Translations under genes and position numbers: made by a program
Assembly (NCBI GenBank): GCA_976551045.1
Contig: CDPCPM010000259.1
Location: forward strand, 496,001 to 560,000
DNA from: Glaucostegus cemiculus
Taxonomy: Eukaryota
Reading direction: 5' to 3'
Length of the DNA stretch: 64,000 nucleotides
Notes under the pieces: generated by a model
Seen by the model: only the letters and a program-made list of their open reading frames with translations
The model's database searches: none
Told to the model about the DNA's origin: nothing
Shown here: positions 23,403 through 35,409 of the stretch, piece by piece
Numbering within the stretch: the first letter of the stretch is position 1
Layout: every line of letters begins with the position of its first letter

Positions 23403-24719
23403 ATTGTTATAGACAATCCTTTAATGATCAAGACTGTACTTCATGAAAATATTGTGTGCTTTTACATAGTTTTCATGACAATTCCAGTGCTTTGTCATGG
23501 AGTGCTTCTATAATTCAGTATAGAAGCAGGCCTTTCAGCCCACTGTGTCAGTTGTGTCAAATTTGTACTAATGTCAGACTGACGACTGGCAATTAGCTTT
23601 ATTTGTACTTTTAATTGCAAAGACAAATTATAGGCATCCACAGCTTGCACTGTGTACTGCCTGTCAAAATATGAGGTGATCAGTATAAGTCAGGCTCATA
23701 GCTTCCCTTTGTTCTCTGAATCTGAGATCCAAAATTCTTCTTTACCGAGTGTTGATCCAACGTTCTTGCTGCAATCCCAGGTTCCCATGTCATTCCAAGG
23801 AGTTAAATCCTATTTTCAAGACCCATCTTTGTCTTGCTCCTCTGTTCTCCTCCAATGAAGTAGTATTACATCGGTATTCTAGTTCATGTCTGACTTAATT
23901 CATCCATCTTTTTTGTCCTTTGCAGCTGGACTATTGGTTGTTACACTTCTACCTCTGTTTTCCATTTCACCTGCTGTGTGTAGCATGCTAGTTAATGGTT
24001 CTGAGCCAATCAGGCACAGAGGAACATGGAATTAATTGTTCCTGATGGTTTCCCTGCATGGGTCTCGTGACTAAGTCTCACCACATGGTATTTTGTTATC
24101 TTAATTTAGTTATATTTTATAATCGTAACATCTAGCTCTTCTGCCTGTTGTCACCCATGGCCTGCAAGGCCTCAATGTTTCAGAGTAGAGACCCATTGTT
24201 TCCTATCTCCCCATAACCAGATGGCTGCTGTCGTAAGTTTTCAGTTTATAAGCCCTTTGAGACCATGAGTTCCAATAATAGAGAATTGGAGATTAATGAG
24301 AATGTTGCTTTGCAACCTCTTTCCTTTTATTTGATTATGGTCCAGTTTCAGTCTGTAGTTCTGTTTTGTAATTTAACTGCCATTGATGGCTTCTCAAACA
24401 GTTCATGATTCATAATTTTATAATCTATCGATATTGGGAGATTTACTCCATCAACTATGTTCTAATTGGTATTTTTTTTTGCATTCTCAGAGAACTTCAA
24501 GGATGATTAACCGTCCTTTTACGTAACAAATGCTTGTTCAAACTGAAAACATTGTCCATGATTCTGTTCCAGGCTACTTGTTTTTAAACCCTTTGACTAC
24601 TTCACTGTGGCACTTATCAAGTACCTATATAAAATAATCCCATTTTCCAGTCCTCAGCAAGGAGCCTTTTATGCCATAATGCTTCAAGTGCTTGTCTAAA
24701 TATTTCTTTAAGTATTATA

Positions 24720-26522
24720 GGAATTGAAAAAAGGTGAGTTTCTTTGCTTGTGAGTTTCACTTATAGGAGTTCAGGACTTGGAGCAAGAGTGGGAGAATTG
24801 AAGAGAGGTGAGTCTCGTTGCTTGTTTGTGAGTTTCACTTGAAGGAACATGAGGTAAGTTAGCTAATTGTTAGTTAATAGGTGATAGGCTAATTATCAGT
24901 AGCTAATAAAAAGAAGTTAGAGTCAAGCAGAGCAGCCATTTTGAAAGGGACTGCTGTCTAGTCAAAGTGTTGCTGATTGTCTAAGGGTGGGCTTTGGTGC
25001 ATACCAGGCTTTGGTGAGGAGGGTGAGCTACACTAAGGTAAGGCGAGGGTACGTCTTGTTCTCTTTTGTTTTTTGTCTCTTTATTTTCCCTCAAAGCTTT
25101 TTAGTCATGGCAGGTGAGCTCAGATCATGTCATTCTCCTCCTGTGCAATGTGCAAACTCGGAGACTGCCAGTGTCCCTGATGACTACATGTGCAGGAAGT
25201 GTGTTGAGCTGCAGCTCCTAACAGATCGCATGACAGCATTGGAGCTGCATGTGGATTTACTTTGGAGCATCTGCGATGCTGAGAATGTTGCAGATAACAC
25301 GTTAGTGACTTGGTCACACCGCAATTTAAGGGTCTAGGGAAAGATAGGGAATGTGTGACCAACAGGCAGAGCAGTAGCTGGAAGATAGTGCAGGAGTCCC
25401 CTGCAGTCATCTCTCTCCGAAACAGGCATACTGCTTTGGATACTGTTGGGGGAGATGGCTCATCAGGAGAAGGCAGCACTGGCCAGTATTATGGCACCAT
25501 GAGTTGTTCTGCTGCACAGGAGGGAAGGGGATTCCTGGTTGGTGTGTTACCTCCCAGGTGCAAGGGTCAGGGGTGTCTCTGAGCAGCTGCAGGGCATTCT
25601 GGAAGGGGAGGATGAACAGCCAGTTGTCATAGTCCATTTGGTCCATGGTCCAAAGATATAGGAAAAAAGTGGGATGAAGTCCTACAAGCAGAATTTAGGG
25701 ATCTAGGAAGTAGACTAAAAAGTAGGTCCTCCAAAGTCGGGAGGGTTTAAATTAATATGACAGGGGGATGGGAATCCATGCAAAAGACAGAGGGAAGCAA
25801 AACAGAGACCAGAACAAAAGTTGGAAAAGAGAAACTAAGAGTGGAGTACAGAAAAGTCAAACACAAAGGTTACCAGATTCTAAAAGGACAATGAGTATAA
25901 AGGCACTTCATCTGAATGCCCGTAGTATTCGAAACAAGGTGAGTGAACTTATGGCACAAATCAGTACACAGGGGTATGATTTAGTGACCATTACAGAAAC
26001 ATGGTTGCAGGGTGGAGATGAGTGGGAATTAAATATCCAAGGGTATCAGATGATACGGAAGGATAGGCAGGAAGGTAAGGGAAGTGGGGTAGTGCACTTA
26101 ATTAAGAATGTGATCAGGGCAATAGTGAAACGATACAGGATCTAAGGAGCAGAATGTTGAGTCCATCTGGGTAGAGATTAGGAATAGTAAAACAAAAAAG
26201 TCAGTGGTGGGAGTTGTCTGTAGGCCACCAAATAATAACATCACAGTGGCACAGGCAATAAACTAAGAAATATTTGATTCATGTAAGACTGGAATGGCAG
26301 CTCTCATGGGGGACTTTAACTTGCACATTGTGCGAATTAAGTTGGTCAAGGTAGTCTTAAGGAGGACTTCATAGTGCATCCGTGATAGTTTTCTTGATCA
26401 GCATGTTAGTGAATGTACAAGGGAACATGCTATCTTGGATCTGGTCTTGTGCAATGTGACAAGTAAAATAAATGATCTTGTAGTTAGGAACCCTCTGGGA
26501 AAGAGTGATCACAATATGATTG
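24720..26522 (+). mobile_element. CR1 5' half only (5'UTR, ORF1, APE endonuclease); 3' part missing
   Basis: ORF1 PDDYMCRKCVELQLL; ORF2 LHLNARSIRNK, ITETWL, MGDFNL, ILDLVL and PLGKSDHNMI, after which homology ends. Confidence 0.85.
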
Positions 26523-27603
26523 TGTGTAAAAACATCCAGCCTTAGTGATGTTTTTCTATTAAAATATCTCATGAAGCTCTGTTTGCCAGAAGAAATATTT
26601 GACTGCCAATTATGCATAGATTGTTTTGAGTATCGACTGTCTGCACCCCACATCAGATGACATGGGTAAAGACAAATAAGGTTCCTTTTACTCTGCATCA
26701 ATAAAATAATTCAACCCCAACATTTAGAGTGCCATTCTGCACCACTGAGGTGTTTCTTCCACACTGCAACGGTGCCCATTGGTGCATTCCTGCAAATTTG
26801 TCCTCATTCTTAATGGAAATTTAAACTTATCCTTGCTGGCTGCAACGGCTTAATACATTTGTATTTAATCATTCTTCAGATTGTGCCAGGGTCCTTTCAT
26901 GTCCACCTATACTTTAATTTTGGTTTTAAATTGACAATAGATTAACTTAACATTTTTATCCTTTTTATTTGAAAAGGAACATGGAAACAGGATTTCAATG
27001 TTCAAGTTCCTGTCCAAGGATTGATTATGTGTACATTCAATCTCTGGTATTTTTTTAATGCATATTTCAAATTTTGAGATTCCATCTGAATGAAAGAACA
27101 TCACCAGATATATACCTTTTTTTGAGGAAGAATTGGATAGGGATTTTTGTTGAAAGTAAAAGGTGTATAACACTAATTGCTTCATTGCAAGCAGTTTTCA
27201 CAGCATTTGTTGTGTCAGCTGTCTGATTTTTTTAAACTATTCTTTAGCTCATTGGGATAGGATTTGAACTCTTGAGGCTAAATGTGAGATTGTAAATATC
27301 TTTATGAACTATTTGCATAACTTTATTAAAATCTTCAGGCAGATACGTAAATCATAGAGAAAGGACAAACAATAAGGCCCCTCTTCCTCTTGTGTTTCAC
27401 CAATTCAATAAAGTTGGGGATGTATCTGAAGGAAAGACAGTGGGGTACAAGAGATTATGAGATTAAAATAATTTCTAGGCACTGGGACTAGCCAGGTAGT
27501 TCATAGTGATCTTTTCAGATCCTGAAAAGCTGCTATTTTGGTAAACGTGTATGAATTAGTCTCTCTCCAGTCCTTGAGGTCTGTGTTTTCTTTATTTTTC
27601 TAG

Positions 27604-27796
27604 TTAATAAAGAAAATTCTTGAGATTGGAGATACCTCCTGTCTTCTGCCCATAATGGACATCTTTAAAGCAGAAGATCGAGACCTACTGCAGCAACATT
27701 GTTATTCCAGTGCCATGTCAATCCTACAAAATAAAGAAGGAGATACATATGTAAAGGAAGCAGTGGCCTATCTGTCTTTGGCTATCATAACATCAG
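27604..27796 (+). CDS. TTC34: TTC34 coding exon 3 (193 nt; LIKKILEIGDTSCLLPIMDIFKAEDR...AYLSLAIITS)
   Basis: Not in the ORF track; translated by hand. Acceptor tttatttttctAG (27602-27603), donor cag|GTtagt (27797); phases 0/1 fit; matches TTC34 GDTxCL..EDR..HC..EAxAYLSLAI. Confidence 0.95.
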
Positions 27797-28261
27797 GTTA
27801 GTGGCAGCTGTATGATTTTTTTCTTTTAAAAAGAACAAAACTTTAAGTATTAACCAAGTCCCAATCTAAGTATGACTGAGGTGGGGGCCGGTGTCTGGCA
27901 ATGGGGACGAAAATTCATTAATCCAAGAATTCTTCAGGATTTTAAAGCAGAGTGGAAACTTAAGGATCCACAATGCAGGTAGTTCAACCAGTCCAATAAC
28001 TGTTGAGTCTTAAGTGACCAGTTTATCTTGTAGCCTACTTGGAAATGTGGCATCTGTGCTATTTTTTTAATCTTGGTCACTGTAAATTAGTGTAATAATG
28101 CATTTTGAAAACATTAGCACTGAAGTGACCATTCATCCCCTTGATTTAACCACTGTTCAATTGGTTCAAGACTGAATTATCTAAAGCTAATCAAGAGTTA
28201 TTTGACTTGAGGGACTGAGTAAAAATTGGACAGGCTAGGATCACTTTTCCATCGAGTGTAG

Positions 28262-28779
28262 TGTTGACCCTTCCTTGGTCAACCAACTTAGGTTAGGTGA
28301 ATAACCACACAAAAAATAATTAATTCAAACTACTCACAACTTTAATGTATCAACTTATGATATCAAGTGCAAATATCCATCTAATTCCTGAATTCCTTTG
28401 GACCAATACTCACCCAAACCCACTTTCACCAAAATACAGGATATCCTGTTGGCCAACCAACTGATCCTCCTTGCCCCAGGCACAGTGGTCTTCCTTGTGA
28501 TGGTTGGTTTCCCCCTCGCCCCCTAGAGTCCCCGCTTGTTAGTCTTCAGAGACCTCACCCTACCTCTGAAAACCTTCGTTATTATAATTATCAGTTCTGC
28601 ACTGTTCTACTTTGATTCTGTTGGCTTTGACACATCTGACCATCCTGTGTCCACCCCCTCATTGGCTCTGGCCCAAGGCTACAGGTGCCACCCCTTCACT
28701 GCATACCTCCGATGTCATTTCTTCATTTTTGCTGAATTAGACCATTTCACACTAATTGTAGCCAGTTCAAATCAGACAC
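28262..28779 (-). mobile_element. Candidate solo LTR inside a CR1 3' fragment (CR1 pieces at about 28195-28261 and 28907-29100)
   Basis: TGT...ACA ends; on the minus strand CCAAT (about 28662), a TATA-like site (about 28582) and ATTAAA (about 28341) occur in LTR order; no target-site duplication seen. Confidence 0.35.
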
Positions 28780-31009
28780 TGGACTCGAGTCACTCCAGTT
28801 CATGGACACGGACTACTCTTCTTATAAGTCCGTTTATGGGCAGAAGACGGGAGGTTCTCCCTGTTTTGGTGAAAGTGAGTTCGGGTGAGTATTGGTCCTG
28901 TACACAGAATGAGCTGTCATAGGAGGTGAGTGAGGCAGATATAATAAGTTTTAAAAGACTGCTGGCTGGGTACATGGATAGGAATGGTTTAGAAGGAGAT
29001 GGGCCAAATGCGGGCAAACGCGACTAGCCTGGATGGGCATCATGGTCAACATGAAACAGTTTGGCCAAAGGTCCTGTTTCCATGCTGTATGACTCTATTT
29101 GTCCCAGATTCCACAGCCTTGAAGGGGTATGGAATTCTTAGTTTTTATCACCCTTACTGCAGAAGGCGTGCTTCCTCATTTCCCTTCTGAATGGCTTAGT
29201 TACTGGTTTAAGAAATATGCTGCCATTTTTTTTAAATTCCTTCTATGAGTGGAATTTGAAAATCATTTTGAGATGTAAACTGCTTGTAAGCCGCTTTAAG
29301 TAACTCCAAGAGCACAATTTATTGAAAGAACTACCAAAAACTCCATTCAGTATTTTAAAAAGTAACCATGTACGAAATAATGCCACCAACCCTGGAAGAT
29401 CTCAGCTTAATTTCCCGGTTTTTGAGTCTGGTGCTTTAAGCTTGGGGCTGTGGTTGCCATTAGAGCCCTCTGCTCAGGAAGAGAAATTACCAAGAGCTCC
29501 TACAGCTAAATAATTTCTCATGTTTCCTCTTAGAAAGTTTATGCATGCATATTTTGGGCAAGGACAAAGTGGAATGTTTTCTTGTTCTTTTCTATCCATA
29601 ATGTAGTACTTACTATGGTTCTACATGTAGGCTGACTCCAATGTGTTTTTGAATTTCCTGTGTCATATCCCATACCTATTAGTTTGAAGAGTTTAGGCCT
29701 TGGATTTTTTGAGTAATAGGTTTTGTTCCAAATAATCTTTTATGCTATTTAAGATTATGTTTATAGGTAGTTCATGTAGTACTTGATGTCAAAACTTGTC
29801 AGTGAATTAGGACACACTGCCGAAAAGCCCATCCATACACTTGTCACCTCCCAGCCTTTTCCAGTATCTTTCCAATATCAAGTACTACTCTTCAGAAACT
29901 TAACTTGAAAAAGCAATGCTGTCCACACTTGTTGTCACTTTCCTTGTCAATTTCTACTGAAACCCCCATTCTTCATTGGCTTAAACTTTTCAAATTCCCT
30001 CTGTCAGCAAGATTGGGAAAAATTCTCCTTCCCAAATGTGTTGCCTCATTTGCTTAAGTGAGAGCAGAAACATTGCAAGATCCAATATGAACATATGGAA
30101 AATTTCTACTTGGAGCAACGATATGATTTAATGGAGAGTACTTAGAGTGGCTCTTATCTATTATTTTTGGACACAAAGGAGATCTGCTTTCCAGCTCTCC
30201 AAAGCAAAAAGAGCATTGATCTGTAAACAAGAGTTAGAGAATTCCAGTGTCATGAGTGCACATGATTCTTAACCAATGTTTTCCTATTTGCTGTGTTCCA
30301 TTCAGAACATTGCCCTTGAAAATGTTTGCCTGAAGCTTTCTTTCCAGGCTATTGGTGTCCTGTGGGAGTTGTATTTTAATTTAAACTCTAATTCAGTCAT
30401 TTGGTAGTTATTTTAAATCATGTCCAGGTAATATTTTTGACCTTTAACATCACTTTATTGTTATAACCCATGCTTAATGCTACATTCAAGGCTGGCTATC
30501 TTGAGTGTGTAATGAGGCATGCGATTTCAAAGTCAAGCAGCAATGACAAACCTACCATCCAGGAAACCTGGAAGAGGAGCAATATCAAGATGGCTGTTGA
30601 TAAATTTGGTACTTCATATGGACGTGGGGTGAGGGATGATGGGCAGAAGGATCCAAGTGGAGGAGTGGGAGAGCTCCCTCCTGCCCCACACTACCTGGCT
30701 TCATCTGCCCTTTTTTGTCTTTGACTGCTTCCAACTGTCTTTGTCTCTCAATTCCACCCCTCCCACGTCTGGCTCCTTCTGCCCATCATCCCTCACCCTT
30801 GGTCCACCTATCACTTACCAGGTCCTGTCTAATTCCTTACCCTCTCCTCTTTATACCAACTATCTTCCCTAAATCCTGTTGCAGCGTCTCAACCCAAATC
30901 ATTGACAATTCCTTCCTTCCCCTCCTTCCACATCCCCGCCCCCCCCCCCACCCACCCAACAGATCAGCTCAACCCCTGAATTCCTCCAGCAGTTTTTTTC
31001 CTGCAGGGA

Positions 31010-31375
31010 GTTCTGGCATTGTGGCACAGCTGATAGAGCTGCTGCCTCCTAGCTCAAGCAATCTGGGTACAACCGAGACCTTTGGTGCAGCCAAGGTGAA
31101 GTTTGCATGTTCTCCCTGTGACTGTGTCAGAGTACCTTGGGTACTCTGATTTCTTCCCAAATATCATAGGTGTGTAGATTTATATGTTAATTGGCTTTTG
31201 TAAATTTCCCCCAGAATGTAGACAAAAATGGTAGTTGCTAGAATCTGGGGGGGTGTTGATGGGAATGTAGTGAGAATAAAATGAAATTAGTGTAGGATAG
31301 TGCAAATAGCTGCTTGATGGTTGGCATAGACTCAGTGGACCAAAGGGCCTGTTTCCCTGTTGTGTGACCCTACGA
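31010..31375 (+). mobile_element. Old V-SINE-type element
   Basis: ggcattgtggcacagctgatagagctgctgcctc head, agtttgcatgttctccctgtgactg body and CR1-like tail aagggcctgtttccctgttgtgtgac. Confidence 0.7.
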
Positions 31376-31739
31376 CAAATAATTCAAGAATACATTAATT
31401 TGTTTGGCTTGTTATATTGGATCCATTGCAAATGAAGGGAAGTAGTGGCTATGGAAGAGTACCATTTTGCCATTATCCTTTTTGGAAAGTAAAAGCAACC
31501 AAGTAAGTCTTGTCCTCAAAAATGCTCCAGGCAATGTGTGTGCTGAGATTAGTTCCTGTAAAGGCTGTAAACATTTACTCAGCATCTCCCAGACCCTTGA
31601 TCTATACCACCAAGAACAAGAGCAGCAAATGCATGGAAGCTCTGCCACCTGATTTCTCTCCCAAAACATTGACTGACTTGGAATTGTATTGCTTACCCTC
31701 AATCTCTAGAATTCCCTATCCAACAATGATGTGGGAATG

Positions 31740-32360
31740 TAAAATGCAAAAATGTTGGGAAGGATTAAAAATATTTTTAAAATACTAAGACACTGGTAAA
31801 TGTTGATATATGGGGATTTGCAGGTTAATGAAATACTAAGTTAACATGCAGGTACAGCAAGCAGTTAGGGAGGAAAATTATATGTTGACCTTCATGCAGC
31901 GCATTTGGATGACAAGAGTAAAGAAGTCTTACTGCAGTTGTACAGTAGGACCACAGCTAGAGTACTATGTTCAATTTGGCTCTCCATTAACCTATACTTA
32001 CTTGCCTTGACTGTCAATGTAAATTGACTAGATTGATTCCAGGGATGGCAGGGTTGAGCAATAAAGAGAAATTAATTAAGATTGGCTTATTCTCAGTGGA
32101 GTTCAGAAAAATAAGAGATGATCTCATTGAAATGGAAGGATACTGAGAAGTGATTTCCCTGAAATGGAGAGGGTAGAACTAGGGCACAGTGTCACAGAAT
32201 GATGGGTCAGCCATTTAGGACCATGAAGAGTAGAAATTTCTTAGAAGTTCTAAATCTTCATAATTCTGTACCCCAGAGAACTGTTAATGCTTAGCCATTG
32301 AGTACATTCAAACCTGTAGGAAATTGAAAGATGTTCAAATTCATCATGTTATTGAATGGG
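31740..32360 (+). mobile_element. Old CR1 3' fragment
   Basis: gttaacatgcaggtacagcaagcagttagg (VNMQVQQAV), ggaccacagctagagtactatgttcaatttgg (RPxLEYxVQ) and gatctcattgaaa. Confidence 0.7.
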
Positions 32361-34523
32361 CAGGGAGAAAAGAAGCTTCTAGGGGCCCCTGTGGTCAGTC
32401 GGTCTCTCGGTCTCTGACTTGTATTAAACACATTCTTGCAGCAAGCTCCAATTTACAGTTATAAAATAACATGCACATTTAACAGCCTAGTTGTCTTGCA
32501 TGGTAATAGTAAGAAATATGTTCTGAGCAAAATGAATACAAATTACATAGGATCTCTGAAGTGGGTGGTTGAATGCAGCTGGTTGAACTACAATTAGTGA
32601 ATTACAGACTGTTCCATTGGACTGTGGATAAGCATTTCAACATTGTCAGCAATAACAGACTCAATTTTAAACTGCTGAAATCTGCATTAATGGGCAGTAC
32701 TGGCATAAAAATAATTCACTAGCCTTGGCATACTACTTGATCAATCATTGATATTTTAAAATGCCTCCCATGGGGTGTCAGGGATACTTGCTGTATCAGA
32801 TAACAGTTGCGAATTTTAGATAGAAATGGATCTGGCACGTTGGCTTTTAATTTATTCTAATGAGCATTGAAGAAGGGAATGGGGACCTAGAAATCTGAAA
32901 ACAGTTGGTGAGGGTGGACTAAATGAAAGGGGAATCACTAGAGGCTAGACAGGAGGAACAGTGTTAAGGGGTTTGGGGTATAAGTTTAAAGGTTGGAGAT
33001 AAGGTTGAGTCAGGCTGTGGAGGGTTTTGAACATGAGGATAATTAAAGATTGAAGCATTGATAGACTGGGAGTTGTTTATGGTCACTGAACACTGGGATC
33101 CTGGGTAAATTTGTCAGAATCTGGAGAGCAAAATTTAGATGAGTTTAGATTTATGGTGGGGTTGGAAGGTGAGGGACTAGCCTGGGAAGCATGGGAATAG
33201 TTGGGTCACTATCCTTATTGCTTTAATCAGAGCAATAAATTACCCTCTCTTTGGTGACTGGGCCACAATCTAATTACTGGCTGTACATGGCGTTTGAATT
33301 GAAAGCATTTAATCAAAACAAAACGGAAGCCAATATTACGGAAATGGAGTTGTTCTCTTATCTGCCAATGCCAATGATTATGGCCTTGTTTAAATCTGAG
33401 TAACTTTTAACAGCTGGCTAATGAGGGAAATGCTTTGGTTTTCTGAAGTGCATCTCAGCTGTCCTGGATGCTTCCAAACACTAATAAATTAGCTGCATTT
33501 AATATAAGATGAGCATTTTTTAAAGCTTTGGACGACGAATATAATGTTAGTTTAAGAGTATGATTAATTATTCATATTTATAATAGATACTGTGTTTCTA
33601 AAATGAAGATTCAGAAGTTGCCATTCTGAGAAATGCTAAATGCACTAATCAGTTCCAAAAGCAAGATAATGTGGCAGTCTGGGTGTGTCATACCTCATCG
33701 TGGTTGTTAGTTGATAAACAACAATTGAAGTTGCATCCAGAATGCTACATCAGAAGCATTACAAGGTATCACGGGTTCAAAATTTACTGGTAACTTGTTC
33801 TCCAATATAACAGCGGAAGTGAAAACCTTCATCCCTTGTTTTATGATGTGCCTTTTTGTTGAACCTTTTGAATTAACACCATATACTTTAAGGAACAGCA
33901 AAACCTCAAAAAAAAAAAAAAGCAATGTATTGGAAAGAATTGAGAGCACAGCAAAATGGAGCCCAAGATTCGAGCACCATGTCCTGGTTACAATTTGAAT
34001 AAAAATTCTTGCCACTGCAAAAGGAATATTTCAAAGGTTGTGTGACTCTATCCTTTCTGAAAGCTGTAGATGTAATCAAGTCATTTAGCAGATAACCCAA
34101 AGATGAGGCAGAGACAAAATGTGAAAAGTATGAATGGGCTTCAATGACCCCCTCCTATTAGAATTAAAATCAGTGCAAGATTCAGTGATTATTTTGGTAG
34201 ATATTTGAAGATTCCAAGGTGGTTCAAAGAGAGCAGTATTCTTGCCAAAATTTGTCTGGCAACTTATGGTTTTTCTACTACTTTAAATACCCATGTTCCC
34301 ATAATTGCACTATGAATGCCACATGTATTATCCTCAGATTGCTTGGCACCAAGAAGTTTTTGATGACCTCTTCTAAGCTGCAGCCACTACAATAACAATA
34401 ACAAAATCTGGCCTTGCTTGTAATGTCTGTATTCTAACTTTTTTTAAACAACAAACAAGTACTGTTCTTTAAAATTTGATCTTGTGAACTCTGAAATTCA
34501 CTGTTCTAAATTTACTATTCTAG

Positions 34524-34690
34524 GGGGCATTGATGAGGCATCATTACTCACGAGAGCTCGATGCTATGCACATCTTAATCAGAAGAAAACAGCAATCTTT
34601 GACTTTGGCACCATTTTAAAGGCAAACCCATTGCATGTGCGTGCACGATGTGGACGTGCCTTCATGTATGTGGTCCTGAATAAGCAAAAG
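34524..34690 (+). CDS. TTC34: TTC34 coding exon 4 (167 nt; GGIDEASLLTRARCYAHLNQKKTAIFDF...LNKQK)
   Basis: Acceptor tactattctAG (34522-34523), donor aag|GTaatt (34691); phases 1/0; TPR repeats. Confidence 0.95.
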
Positions 34691-35409
34691 GTAATTTGCC
34701 TTCTCTAATGGCTGTAATTATTGAGAACATGTACAACAGCTTGTGCTTCCTAAGGTTTGTGCAGTAATTCCTTAGACTCACTTTGAAAATACAATCTTGA
34801 TATGGAGATACTTCATATCTGTTGAAAAGGATTCCTTTTGTACCATATTTCTGAGGATATTCTTTAAGGCAAACTAATTAATTAGGCTCCAGGCACAAAT
34901 TTTGTGCTTGTCCTGACTATTCCACCCTTTAAGTATCTTGCTTGTACTTTCTTTCATTTGCTACTTAAGATATCTGGATCATGTCTACAGTCTTTCATAT
35001 TCAATTGAAAGTAGTTTTGATTGTCTTCATAACTGAATATTTTCAGAACCTACAAACATTCATTTTTATCTGTTGCTGTTATAATATCAACCTTTTTTGG
35101 CCTAGGAGAGAGATAACTGCAAGCTATACTCAAGGACCGAACTTCTCAGATTGTGTTGTGCTTGTGTGCATAACAGTATATGCTTCAGGAATATCACAAA
35201 CTGTGTGTGTACATTCACTATCTGATATTTCTTAACTGGGCCGAACAACAACTGCTGGTGCTTGTTTTAAATCTGATGCATTGTATATGCTTGAAATAAA
35301 TTGATCCACATCAAACACACTTTTTAAAAAGTTGTTTTTTCAGCTGGGAGCTGGTTTTCTCCAGTTGCAGCAGCCAGAGGGGAGGAGCTAGCAGCTTTTT
35401 TTAAAGTTA

